DNA of 64,000 bases, from positions 3,104,001 through 3,168,000 of the forward strand of contig CAWKDB010000010.1 in assembly GCA_963848295.1 (NCBI GenBank), given 5' to 3'. Each line of letters begins with the position of its first letter. Within the stretch, counting starts at the first letter, position 1. Both the position numbers and the translations under genes were made by a program. The notes under the pieces are model-generated. The model was not told where the DNA came from. It saw nothing but the letters and a program-made list of their open reading frames with translations, and searched no databases. Below, piece after piece: positions 52,380-61,275 of the stretch. This DNA is from an uncultured delta proteobacterium (GTDB lineage: Bacteria; Myxococcota_A; Polyangia; Haliangiales; Haliangiaceae).

Positions 52380-53612
52380 CTACTTCTTCTTGCGCACCGC
52401 GATCAGGCGCGCGTACGCCTCGGCCGCGACCTGACAGATCTGGCGCAGCTCCTCGAGCTGCTCGGTCGTCATCTCGTCCGGCCCATGGCCGTAGAGCACG
52501 TTGACGACGCGCTTGCCGATCACGATGACACCGGCGGCTGCGAATCGCGGTTCGGCGCACTCGAGCACTTTGTAGAGATAGGTCGTGACGGTCGACGGCG
52601 TGACCGAGCCGTGCGCGACGCCGGTGTCCGAGGCGATCGCCGCTTGCAAGATCGACGGTGCGTCGAACGGAATCAGGATGTGCTCGACGTTCGCGATCCC
52701 GGGCAAGTCGCCGAGGGCCTTCCAGCCGAACGCCATCTGATCGCGGACCGAGAACAGCACCGCGGCCTCGAACACGCCGGAGGCATAGCCGAGCAAGACC
52801 TCGACGATCTTGTTGCGCTCGGTCAGGCTCGCGAGCTCGGCGATCGCGGTCGGCGGATCGATCGGCGGCGGCCGTTCGCGCGCGATCTCCGGGGCCTCGT
52901 GCGGTGGTTGCGAAGGCCGATGCGGCCGCACCGCTTTCGCGGCCTCGGCGGGCGCCGCGTCATCGGCATCGAGGGTCTCGAGGAGGTCCTCGGCGTCGAG
53001 CTCGAGCGATTCGGAGTCATCGAACGCCACGACGCGCGAGCTGCGCAGCCGCGGCTTCGGCCCCGGCGCCGCGACGAGCGCGGCTGGCACCGGCGGCAAC
53101 CCGGGCAGCGGCGGCGCGGGCAAGCCGGCGTCGATCGCGCTCTCGTTGCCACGCGGCGAGTCACCGAACCGGGTGAACCGCGCGGGGCGCGCCACGCCGT
53201 AATAGCGCTCGATGTAGTAGTAGATCCGGACCTCGGGCGCGACCCGCGGCAGTACGCGATAGCCGGTGAGCTGGGCGAGGGCATCGAGGCTCGCGAAGTC
53301 GTGCGGATCCTCGACCGCGGCGATCAGCTGGCGGTCTTGCAGCACGAGCGGCACGCACTTGAACTTGAACGCGTGCGCGGGCTGGAGCAGCCGGACCGCC
53401 GCTCGCTTCGCGCGTTCGAGCATCGCGCCGGTCGCGATCGGGATCCCGAGCTCGAGCCCCAGGTAGACGGTCAACGCCTCGAGATCGACCATCCCGTGCT
53501 CGACCAGCACCGTGCCGAGTCGGCCGCCGTCATGGGCTTGCGCCGCGAGGGCCTGCTTGAGCTGCACCTCCGTCAAGCGTCCGTCGCGGACGAGCATCTC
53601 CCCCAGTCGCAT
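52380..53612 (-). CDS. MshEN/GspE-N domain protein lacking an ATPase domain
   Basis: MRLGEMLVRDGRLTEVQLKQALAAQ...RLGTVLVEHG; VPL...AVEDP...IERYYG; no Walker A motif. Confidence 0.82.
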   Translation of the reverse strand: MRLGEMLVRDGRLTEVQLKQALAAQAHDGGRLGTVLVEHGMVDLEALTVYLGLELGIPIATGAMLERAKRAAVRLLQPAHAFKFKCVPLVLQDRQLIAAVEDPHDFASLDALAQLTGYRVLPRVAPEVRIYYYIERYYGVARPARFTRFGDSPRGNESAIDAGLPAPPLPGLPPVPAALVAAPGPKPRLRSSRVVAFDDSESLELDAEDLLETLDADDAAPAEAAKAVRPHRPSQPPHEAPEIARERPPPIDPPTAIAELASLTERNKIVEVLLGYASGVFEAAVLFSVRDQMAFGWKALGDLPGIANVEHILIPFDAPSILQAAIASDTGVAHGSVTPSTVTTYLYKVLECAEPRFAAAGVIVIGKRVVNVLYGHGPDEMTTEQLEELRQICQVAAEAYARLIAVRKKK

Positions 53613-53750
53613 CGCTCGCGCGACGTTAGCATGGGCCCGCGAGCGGCCACATTTTGTGACGACGACGCACCGTGCTATGTCGGTTAGGTGCGAAACCGCG
53701 CGACTCGATGTCCTGGGCTCGTCCCCGGATGTCAGCATCGCCGAGTGGCG

Positions 53751-55187
53751 ATGTGGCTGGTGGTCGTGGCCAGCAGCTGTCGTGGCTCGGAGCCGTCGCA
53801 CCAGCCGTCGGGGCGACCGGAGCCAACCTCGGCGCAAGAGCCGACGGCGGTGGCGGCCCGGCCCGACTTCCCGGAAGGCACGCGGTCGCTGACCCTGGTC
53901 CGCACGGTCGGCGTTCGGCTCGAGCCGGGCGACGATGCCAAGCGGATCGGCACGGTCGCGATCGATACGCGCGTCGCCTGGACCCGGACCGCGGCAGGCA
54001 AGGGCTGCGGCAAGAACTGGGTCGAGATCCAGCCTCGCGGCTGGATCTGCGGCGACTACGTCACCGCGAGCAAGCTCGTGCCGTACGGCCAGGAGGTGCC
54101 ACAGCTCGAGCGCGGCGAGATCGTGCCTGGCACTTACGGCAAGGTCACCGGCGCGAGCTCGGTGACGTACTTGCTCGAGAAACCGAAGATCAAGCCCAAG
54201 AAGTCGAGGCACGACAAGCATCCGGTGACCTCGCCCAAAGACGTGGACGACGATCCGAAGCTGCCGCGCATGGTCGAGAACCAGCCGTTGATCGGTTCGA
54301 TGAACGTGCGCGAGTACGACGCGCTCACGGTCGGTGGCAAGCTGTACTGGAAGATCAGCCACCGCGACAAAGACAACGACTACGTGCTCGCGAGCGCGAT
54401 CACGAAGCACGTGCCGTCGAAATGGCGCGGTACTCGACTCGGCGATGACACCGGCTGGGGCGTGCCGTTCGCGTGGGTCACCCCGCGCGGCGGCGGCGTC
54501 ACGGCATGGACGATGGTCAAGCCGAACGGAGGCGGTGTCGTGCGTCAGCTCGCGGCGCGAACGCCGGTGCCGGTGCTCGAGACCGCGAGCGATGCGCAGC
54601 AACATCCGATCGCGTATCGGGTGAGCGACAAGGAGTGGATCGCGGCCGGCGATGTCCGCGTATTCGAGCCAGCGCCGCCGCCCGAGACCCTGATCCCGGG
54701 CGAGCGCTGGATCGACGTCGATCTCGACGACCAGATCCTCGTCGCATTCGAAGGCGAGACGCCGGTGTACTCGACGCTCGTCTCGTCGGGCGCCAAGGAT
54801 ACGCCGACCGAAACCGGGATCTATCGCGTCTGGATGAAAGAGTCGGAGGCCGACATGAAAGGCCTCAACGGCGAGGATCCGTACTCGGTCGCGACCGTGC
54901 CGTGGACCGAGTTCTTCAGCCCGGAGAAAGGCCTGGCGCTGCACACCGCGTACTGGCACGACCAGTTCGGCAAGGCGCGCAGCCACGGCTGCATCAACCT
55001 CGCGCCGCGCGACGCGCGCTGGCTCTACTTCTGGAGCGACCCGCAAGTGCCGCCCGGGTGGACGATGACCGCAGGCGTCGTCGAACTGCCCGGCTCGATC
55101 GTGCGAGTCCGATCGAAAGCCGATCCCAACCCGGCGATCAAAGGCTACGCAAAGAAAGTCTACGAGGCGCGCCTCGCGCCCAAGTGA
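53751..55187 (+). CDS. L,D-transpeptidase (YkuD family); start uncertain
   Basis: WIDVDLDDQ, TPTETG, LALHTAYWHDQFGKARSHGCINL. Confidence 0.9.
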   Translation: MWLVVVASSCRGSEPSHQPSGRPEPTSAQEPTAVAARPDFPEGTRSLTLVRTVGVRLEPGDDAKRIGTVAIDTRVAWTRTAAGKGCGKNWVEIQPRGWICGDYVTASKLVPYGQEVPQLERGEIVPGTYGKVTGASSVTYLLEKPKIKPKKSRHDKHPVTSPKDVDDDPKLPRMVENQPLIGSMNVREYDALTVGGKLYWKISHRDKDNDYVLASAITKHVPSKWRGTRLGDDTGWGVPFAWVTPRGGGVTAWTMVKPNGGGVVRQLAARTPVPVLETASDAQQHPIAYRVSDKEWIAAGDVRVFEPAPPPETLIPGERWIDVDLDDQILVAFEGETPVYSTLVSSGAKDTPTETGIYRVWMKESEADMKGLNGEDPYSVATVPWTEFFSPEKGLALHTAYWHDQFGKARSHGCINLAPRDARWLYFWSDPQVPPGWTMTAGVVELPGSIVRVRSKADPNPAIKGYAKKVYEARLAPK

Positions 55188-55343
55188 TGGTGACGCTGTC
55201 TCTTTTGTCACCTTGCGCTCGATCGACCGATCCGCTAAGTGATGGTGACGCTGTCTCTTTTGTCACCTTGCGCTCGATCGACCGATCCGCTATCGCCGCG
55301 TAGTTCAAGCGAATTCCCTGGGGACGCTGTCTCTTTTGTCCAC
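55182..55343 (+). repeat. Repeat triplet containing an exact 55-bp tandem duplication
   Basis: Core copies start at 55192, 55247 and 55323; 55182-55236 is identical to 55237-55291. Confidence 0.95.
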
Positions 55344-55402
55344 TTGCGCTCCGAGGTGCCGGCACGACGGGCACGACGGCGCACGCCCGAACCGATGACG
55401 TG

Positions 55403-55555
55403 ATGCGATTCGGGGCCCGCATGGCTCTAGTCGTGATGATGGGTTGTGGCTCGACATCGCCGCCGATCGTGCCAACTGGCATCGTCGTTGCGGCGGGCGG
55501 TGCGGGCGCGACCGGACCAACTGTTGACATCGGCTTGCGAAGCGCGTGCCTGTGA
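55403..55555 (+). pseudogene. 50-codon lipoprotein-like fragment between inverted repeat clusters
   Basis: Manual translation MRFGARMALVVMMGCGSTSPPIVPTGIVVAAGGAGATGPTVDIGLRSACL*. Confidence 0.4.
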
Positions 55556-55564
55556 GCGAGCAAA

Positions 55565-55659
55565 GTGACAAAAGAGACAGCGTCCCCAGCGAAATCGCTT
55601 AGATAACCGGACGATCCGTGTCGCGCTCGATCGCGCAAGTTGACAAAAGAGACAGCGTC
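55565..55659 (-). repeat. Repeat doublet (inverted orientation)
   Basis: GTGACAAAAGAGACAGCGTC at 55565-55584 and TTGACAAAAGAGACAGCGTC at 55640-55659, 75 bp apart. Confidence 0.95.
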
Positions 55660-56263
55660 ACCAGGCTAGGGGCAGCCGCCGCGCTTCGACCGCATCGAGC
55701 GCGCGGACGAGCGCTGCGTCGAAGACGTCGGCGAGGGTGTCGCGCGAGACGCGGTAGAGGGTCGGCGCGGTCGGGTCGTACGCGCACGAGTAGTCGGGGT
55801 AGTCGTCGGAGATCATGATCGCGCCGTCGCCGAAGGTCAGCGGGAACAGGCGGCACACCGCCGGCTTCGTGCCGCGAAAGTCCCAGCCCGCCTCGAGCGA
55901 CGCGCGGTGGATCGCACAGCCGCGGCCATCGTGCGAGAGGAAGAGGCAGCCGTCGCCGAGCACCGCGGTGCGCACCATCGTGCCGGATGGCATGTCGGGA
56001 TCGATCTCGGGCTCGCTCTCGTCGAACCACGGCAGGTCGCGCGCGGCGTCGGACAGCACGGCGCGGATCGAGTCTTTGCGCACGAGGATCTTGTCGCGCT
56101 CGAACAGATCGACATCGGCGCCGTATTGGCAGCACGCATCGAGCTTCGTCGCGCGGCCCTTGTTCTCGAGCTTGCACGTGTGAGTCATGCAATCGGCGAC
56201 CACGCGATGCGTGAAGATCTTCGGATCGACGCGGCGGAACCGCGCGTGGTCGAGCTCGATCAT
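55658..56263 (-). CDS. Cys-cluster protein (DUF3109/YkgJ-like, putative Zn or Fe-S binding)
   Basis: ACCQYG, CLFL...GCAIH, KPAVCRLFP. Confidence 0.75.
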   Translation of the reverse strand: MIELDHARFRRVDPKIFTHRVVADCMTHTCKLENKGRATKLDACCQYGADVDLFERDKILVRKDSIRAVLSDAARDLPWFDESEPEIDPDMPSGTMVRTAVLGDGCLFLSHDGRGCAIHRASLEAGWDFRGTKPAVCRLFPLTFGDGAIMISDDYPDYSCAYDPTAPTLYRVSRDTLADVFDAALVRALDAVEARRLPLAW

Positions 56264-56766
56264 TCGGCGGCGGACCTTAGCAGCTCGGCGAGGTCGTAAC
56301 GGCTGCCATCACCGCCCGCTTCGCGATCGACCGCGAGTAGGAGCGCGGATAGCGTCTCTTGATCGAGGATGCAATCCGCATCGGCCGCCGCGGGTCCAGT
56401 TCGGGTGAAGTTGCGAAAGCACGCCTGAACGATCGGCAGGCCATGTTCACGCAACCGGATCGGGGCGCCGTGCGACCGACACACCAGCGGGCGAGCCGCA
56501 TAGATCGCGCACCGACCCGCCGGATCGAGTGCCGCACAGCGGTCCGCCGGTGCCGCCGCGGCCTGGCTGGCGAGCGCCCGGCGATCCAGCTCCGCCCACG
56601 CCTCGAGCTCGGCGCGGATGGCCGCAGCCTCTACCCCGGTCACGGTCAGCCGCGTATGACAGCAGTCCGAGCAACCGGACGAGCACTGCAAGTCGCGGGT
56701 GTGCCTCGCTTCTACGCGAGAGAAGAAGCCATCGACCTTCGCTGTTAGGAGCTGCCAACGCGACAT
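56260..56766 (-). CDS. YkgJ-family cysteine cluster protein
   Basis: CSSGCSDCC, CAALD...CAIYAARPLVCR. Confidence 0.88.
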   Translation of the reverse strand: MSRWQLLTAKVDGFFSRVEARHTRDLQCSSGCSDCCHTRLTVTGVEAAAIRAELEAWAELDRRALASQAAAAPADRCAALDPAGRCAIYAARPLVCRSHGAPIRLREHGLPIVQACFRNFTRTGPAAADADCILDQETLSALLLAVDREAGGDGSRYDLAELLRSAAE

Positions 56767-56794
56767 CGTACGCAGTCTACCCTCTACCCTCGCC

Positions 56795-57691
56795 ATGGAC
56801 CTCAACGACATCGTCGTGTTCACCAAAGTGGTGGAGACCAAGAGCTTCACCGGCGCGGCCGAGCTGCTCGGTCTTCCCAAGTCGACCGTCAGTCGCAAGC
56901 TCGCTCAGCTCGAGGAGCGACTCGGTGTTCGGCTCGTCCAGCGAACGACGCGCAAGCTCGCCCTGACCGACATCGGCGAGGCGTACTACGCGCGTTGCAG
57001 TCGGATCGTGTCGGACGCCGTACAAGCCGAGCTGCTCGTCACCGACATGCAGGCATCGCCTCGCGGCCGGCTGCGTGTCACGGCGCCGATCGATTTCTCT
57101 GCGCGTCACATCGGCGGCCTGATCGCCGAGTTCAACTCGCTGCACCCCGAGGTCAACATCGAGCTCGAGAGCACGAACCGGGTCGTCGATCTGATCGAAG
57201 AGAGCTTCGATGTCGCGGTGCGGTTCGGACCGATGCCCGAGTCGACTCTGATCGCGCGCCGACTGTGCAGCATCCACATGGTGTTGGTCGCCGCGCCATC
57301 GTACCTCGCGAAGCGCGGCACGCCGATGCATGCGGAAGATCTCGATCAGCACGATCGCTTGCTGTTCACGCCGGGCGCGCGCAATCAGACCTGGACGCTT
57401 GCGAACGGCGAGGCGACCTACGAGTTCGGCAGGCCCGCGCGGTTTGCGAGCAACAACTACGGGGCGCTGCGCGACGTCGCGATCGCCGGCGGTGGCATCG
57501 CGGTGTCGACCGACTTCATGGCCGCGCACGACATCGCGACCGGCATGCTCGTTCGCGTGCTGCCGCAGTGGCGATCGCAGGGCACCGAGGTTCATGCGGT
57601 CTATCCCGCACGTCAGAATCTACCGCCGCGCCTCACATTGTTTCTCGATCATCTCGCGAAATCGCTGAATCCGCCGCCCTGGCTGAGATAA
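56795..57691 (+). CDS. LysR-family transcriptional regulator
   Basis: SFTGAAELLGLPKSTVSRKLAQLEERLGVRLVQRTTR; substrate-binding domain. Confidence 0.95.
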   Translation: MDLNDIVVFTKVVETKSFTGAAELLGLPKSTVSRKLAQLEERLGVRLVQRTTRKLALTDIGEAYYARCSRIVSDAVQAELLVTDMQASPRGRLRVTAPIDFSARHIGGLIAEFNSLHPEVNIELESTNRVVDLIEESFDVAVRFGPMPESTLIARRLCSIHMVLVAAPSYLAKRGTPMHAEDLDQHDRLLFTPGARNQTWTLANGEATYEFGRPARFASNNYGALRDVAIAGGGIAVSTDFMAAHDIATGMLVRVLPQWRSQGTEVHAVYPARQNLPPRLTLFLDHLAKSLNPPPWLR

Positions 57692-57702
57692 AACGCGAGG
57701 CA

Positions 57703-58506
57703 ATGACGATCACGCTCGACGAGATCGAAGACGCCGCCAACGAGTACTTGGTCCCGATCGGGCTAAAGGTCCTGCTCGCGCTCGCGATCTTCGTGTTCGG
57801 ACGCATGCTCGCGCGCGCGCTGTGGAAGGCGATCGATCGCGTCCTCGAGCGCAGCAAGATCGATGTCTCGCTGCGGCAATTCCTCGGCGACGTGGCCTAC
57901 GCCACGCTGTTAGTCGCGGTCGTCATCGCCTCGCTGGACACGGTCGGCATCAAGACCACCGCGATCGTCGCCGTCCTGGGCGCCGCTGGCCTCGCGGTCG
58001 GGCTCTCGTTGCAGGGCTCGCTGTCGAACTTCGCGGCCGGCGTGATGTTGATCGTGCTGCGCCCTTACAAAGTCACCGACCTCGTGATGATCGGCAAGTA
58101 CCTCGGGCGGATCGACGCGATCAAAGGCTTCTATACGGTCCTCATCACCGCCGACAACCGTGAGATCACGATCCCGAACGGCCAGATCATCGCCGCGCCG
58201 ATCGAGAACTACAGCGTGCTCGGCCGGCGTCGTGTCGATCTGCTCGTCAACGTCCAGGCGACCGACGTCGCGAAGCTGCGCGCGCTGCTCGAAGCGGCGC
58301 TCGCCGGTGACGATCGGATCGCGACCTCGCCGGCTGCCACGATCGACATCGCCGAGGTCGCCGACACCGGGATCAAGCTCTACGTTCGGCCGTGGACGAC
58401 CGCGGACAACTACGCGAAGGTCGCGGCCGAGACGATGGACAAGATCAAAGACGCGCTGCTCGCCGCGACGATGAAGTTCAGCGTCGTGCTGCAACCCGGC
58501 GCTTAG
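57703..58506 (+). CDS. mscS: Small-conductance mechanosensitive channel
   Basis: GAAGLAVGLSLQGSLSNFAAGV, DNREITIPNG. Confidence 0.88.
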   Translation: MTITLDEIEDAANEYLVPIGLKVLLALAIFVFGRMLARALWKAIDRVLERSKIDVSLRQFLGDVAYATLLVAVVIASLDTVGIKTTAIVAVLGAAGLAVGLSLQGSLSNFAAGVMLIVLRPYKVTDLVMIGKYLGRIDAIKGFYTVLITADNREITIPNGQIIAAPIENYSVLGRRRVDLLVNVQATDVAKLRALLEAALAGDDRIATSPAATIDIAEVADTGIKLYVRPWTTADNYAKVAAETMDKIKDALLAATMKFSVVLQPGA

Positions 58507-58834
58507 CCGGCGGCGCAGCCAACGACCGCGGCAGCACGTGGACCGGGCGCAGCTTGCGCAAGTCGTCGAGCCATTCGCCGTCCGCGGTCGACTTCGTGGT
58601 CAACATCATCACTTCGATCCGCAGGATCGCGATCGACATCGCGCACAGCAGGGCTTGCACGCTGTCGGCGCCGTACAGCGTGATCGGACCGACGACGAGC
58701 CTGCCGCGCATCGACAGCTCGACGTTGCATGCCCACGCGAGCCCATCGGCGACCGGCGCGAACACGCGCAGGCGCAGGGGCGTGGTCTTGCGCGCGCGCA
58801 CGAGCGGGATCACGCGTTCGATGAACAGCTTCAT
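58478..58834 (-). CDS. Hypothetical protein (DUF6968-like)
   Basis: YGADSVQALLCAM motif; ATGA overlap with the upstream DUF423 gene. Confidence 0.5.
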   Translation of the reverse strand: MKLFIERVIPLVRARKTTPLRLRVFAPVADGLAWACNVELSMRGRLVVGPITLYGADSVQALLCAMSIAILRIEVMMLTTKSTADGEWLDDLRKLRPVHVLPRSLAAPPAKRRVAARR

Positions 58835-59193
58835 ACGCTGCGCAAGGCTCCGTAGGCCAAACATGCCCAGCCGGCGAGAAATGCGAGGCCGCCGATCGGC
58901 GTGATCGCACCGAGGATCTTCACGTCGGTGAGCGCGAGCGCGTACAGGCTGCCCGAGAACACGACGATCCCGGCTTGAAAGATCCAGCCCGCGATCACCG
59001 CGCCGCGCACCGCGAGCGACGCGGCGAGCAACATCGCGAGCGCGTGATACATCTGATACCGCGCCCCGGTCTCGAACACCTCGAGCGCGTGCGCCTCGAT
59101 CCGGTCTTTGAGCCCGTGCGCGGCGAAGGCACCGGCAGCGATCGCGATCGCCGCGTTGATCGCGCCGGCGGCGACGAGGCTGCGCGAGGTCAC
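58831..59193 (-). CDS. DUF423 (YgdD-like) membrane protein
   Basis: GAFAAHGL, RYQMYHAL, FSGSLY, GAITPIGG. Confidence 0.92.
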   Translation of the reverse strand: MTSRSLVAAGAINAAIAIAAGAFAAHGLKDRIEAHALEVFETGARYQMYHALAMLLAASLAVRGAVIAGWIFQAGIVVFSGSLYALALTDVKILGAITPIGGLAFLAGWACLAYGALRSV

Positions 59194-59260
59194 GGCGCGA
59201 CTGTACCGCGTGCCGCGAAAAACCGCAGAGCTCGGCGCCCATTCGTGCGTTGATGGGGCA

Positions 59261-59938
59261 ATGAGGGTCTACGTCGTCGCGTTCGTCTGCTCGGCGGCCA
59301 CCGCTCACGCCGCACCGAGCCCGATCGGCCGTTGGAGCATGAACCTCGAGCTGCACTACGAAGCGTACCCGACGATGGAGATGAACATCGATCGCACCCT
59401 GGTCGGCGCGGCGTGGTTCGAGCTCACCGCGAACGGCCGCGTCGCCGGCTGCCTCGGCCAGCACGCGATCGAAGATGTCCGGGTCGGCAAGTACCAGCCA
59501 CCCGACTACAAGGATCGTCACGACCATCGCGACACACGCTCGTTGCGCGCGCTCACCGGCCGGTGGACCGCGACCGCGACCGGCTTCGATCTCGAGCTCA
59601 CTGCTGCGAGCTGGAACAGCTGTACGTTGTCGCCCACCGCGACATTCGATCCTCAGATCAGGCTGCACTGCGCCGCCGTGACTCGGCTCGGCAAGGCAAC
59701 GGTGGATTGCACGCGATCGAACGGCGGAGACATCGACGGCATCGGCATCCGGCTCGCGACGCCACCGGACTCGACGAATCCGATGTCCGACCCGCGAGGT
59801 GACTCGATGCTCCTCGGCCGCGCCCCCGGGCTGCGCGTCAAGGTCGACCAGAACGCGCACACCCAGATCCCGAGGATCATCACGACGGTGGGTGCGACCA
59901 CGCTCGCCGAAGCCGACTTCGTGACGCCGCACCCGTGA
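59261..59938 (+). CDS. Hypothetical secreted protein (paralog A)
   Basis: Signal peptide ending TAHA; colinear similarity to 60414-61151. Confidence 0.75.
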   Translation: MRVYVVAFVCSAATAHAAPSPIGRWSMNLELHYEAYPTMEMNIDRTLVGAAWFELTANGRVAGCLGQHAIEDVRVGKYQPPDYKDRHDHRDTRSLRALTGRWTATATGFDLELTAASWNSCTLSPTATFDPQIRLHCAAVTRLGKATVDCTRSNGGDIDGIGIRLATPPDSTNPMSDPRGDSMLLGRAPGLRVKVDQNAHTQIPRIITTVGATTLAEADFVTPHP

Positions 59939-59984
59939 GACGCCGGTGCTGGGCCTTTGCGGTCACCTCGCCGGTCAAACGGCG

Positions 59985-60170
59985 TTAGCCCGCGCGCAAC
60001 ACCAGCGCGAGCAGCGCGATGCTCGCCGCGATCGCGACGAAGGCGACGAAGAAAGCCGAGTTGCTCATCGCCCATGGCTCGGTCTGGCCTATGTTCAGCT
60101 GGCGATCCCGCATTCGCTCGCCCATGTCGCGGGTCTCTGTCTTCATCAAGCGCAGCTGGGACACTGTCAT
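59985..60170 (-). CDS. Small hypothetical membrane protein
   Basis: 61-aa ORF with a C-terminal TM segment. Confidence 0.45.
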   Translation of the reverse strand: MTVSQLRLMKTETRDMGERMRDRQLNIGQTEPWAMSNSAFFVAFVAIAASIALLALVLRAG

Positions 60171-60215
60171 CCAAAAATTTTCGGTGATCCGCCACGCGAT
60201 CGCCAATTCCAGGGT

Positions 60216-60309
60216 GACGCTGTCTCTTTTGTCAACTTGCGCGCCGGCACCACCGCGCCAACCTCACGCGATCTAAGCGATCTCGTGGGACGCTGTCGCT
60301 TTTGTCAAC
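60216..60309 (+). repeat. Repeat doublet
   Basis: GACGCTGTCTCTTTTGTCAAC at 60216-60236 and GACGCTGTCGCTTTTGTCAAC at 60289-60309, 73 bp apart. Confidence 0.93.
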
Positions 60310-60319
60310 TTGTGCGGTC

Positions 60320-60371
60320 GCCCCCTGCGGATTCCCGCAGCCATAGCCCCCTGCGGATTCCCGCAGCCATA
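60320..60371. repeat. 26-bp tandem duplication containing a hairpin
   Basis: GCCCCCTGCGGATTCCCGCAGCCATA x2; CTGCGG-attc-CCGCAG stem-loop. Confidence 0.9.
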
Positions 60372-60413
60372 TCTAGCCGCAGACCGGGCCATGGGTTCGC
60401 GCGTTACGACGCC

Positions 60414-61151
60414 ATGCGCCTCGCGAGCTTGATGGCGGTAGGCCTCGGTGCGATCGCGTCGCGTGCCGCGCTCGCGAATTCGAGCGCGTCCGCGATCGGC
60501 GAGCGCTGGAGCATGAGCCTCGAGCTGCGCCACGGCACGTACATCGGGATGGAGCGCCACATCGCGACCGCGATCGACGGAGTCGCGTGGTTCGAGCTCG
60601 CGCCAGACGGTACCGCCCGCGGGTGCGTTGCCCGACATCAGAACCGACACGGAACCGAGAGCCACTTCGTCTCCTATGATCACGAGGATCACGACAACCA
60701 CGACGACGATCGCGATCTGCTCGCGCTGAAGGGCCGGTGGAGTCGCAGCGACGGGCAACTCGACTTGGCGTTTACTGCTGCGAGCTGGAACGGCTGCATG
60801 CTCGCTGCCGCGACGTTCGACCCTCACGAACGGCTGCGGTGCACGGTCGCAGCTGCAGCGCAGAACTTTCCTTGGGGTACGCTCGTATGCGAGAACGGCA
60901 AGGACGACCCGTTCGAGCTCGGCATTCATCTCGACGCCAAGCCTGAGGATTGGAGCCCGGGATCGTCGCCGTCGGGCCTGTCGTTCATTCTCGGCCCGGC
61001 GGCCGGCGTACACGTGCGGGTCGCTCAGGGAAGCGGTGACCGGATCCCGGCGATCGAAGTTCGAGTGGGCGCTGGATCGCTGCGCGAAGCCGACTTCAAG
61101 GCCGGCTCGGCGCACATCGTGGATGGTGTTGCACCGTCTCGGTGGCAGTGA
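60414..61151 (+). CDS. Hypothetical secreted protein (paralog B)
   Basis: Signal peptide; shares WSMxLEL, AWFEL, GRW, TAASWN and TFDP motifs with 59261-59938. Confidence 0.75.
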   Translation: MRLASLMAVGLGAIASRAALANSSASAIGERWSMSLELRHGTYIGMERHIATAIDGVAWFELAPDGTARGCVARHQNRHGTESHFVSYDHEDHDNHDDDRDLLALKGRWSRSDGQLDLAFTAASWNGCMLAAATFDPHERLRCTVAAAAQNFPWGTLVCENGKDDPFELGIHLDAKPEDWSPGSSPSGLSFILGPAAGVHVRVAQGSGDRIPAIEVRVGAGSLREADFKAGSAHIVDGVAPSRWQ

Positions 61152-61180
61152 GCGCCACAGCGCGATCCCGGCCGCGTAAG

Positions 61181-61275
61181 GTGACAATAGAGACAGCGTC
61201 CCCAGGACATCGGCTTAGATCACGGGACGTTATCCGGCTGGCGTCGGCGCACAAGTAGACAATAGAGACAGCGTC
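61181..61275 (-). repeat. Repeat doublet (inverted orientation)
   Basis: GTGACAATAGAGACAGCGTC at 61181-61200 and TAGACAATAGAGACAGCGTC at 61256-61275, 75 bp apart. Confidence 0.92.

Noticed and set aside
55182..55659. CRISPR array interpretation of the repeat clusters
   Set aside because: Only 2-3 repeats per locus, ~20-bp core, partly conserved or duplicated spacers, mixed orientations and no cas genes in the window
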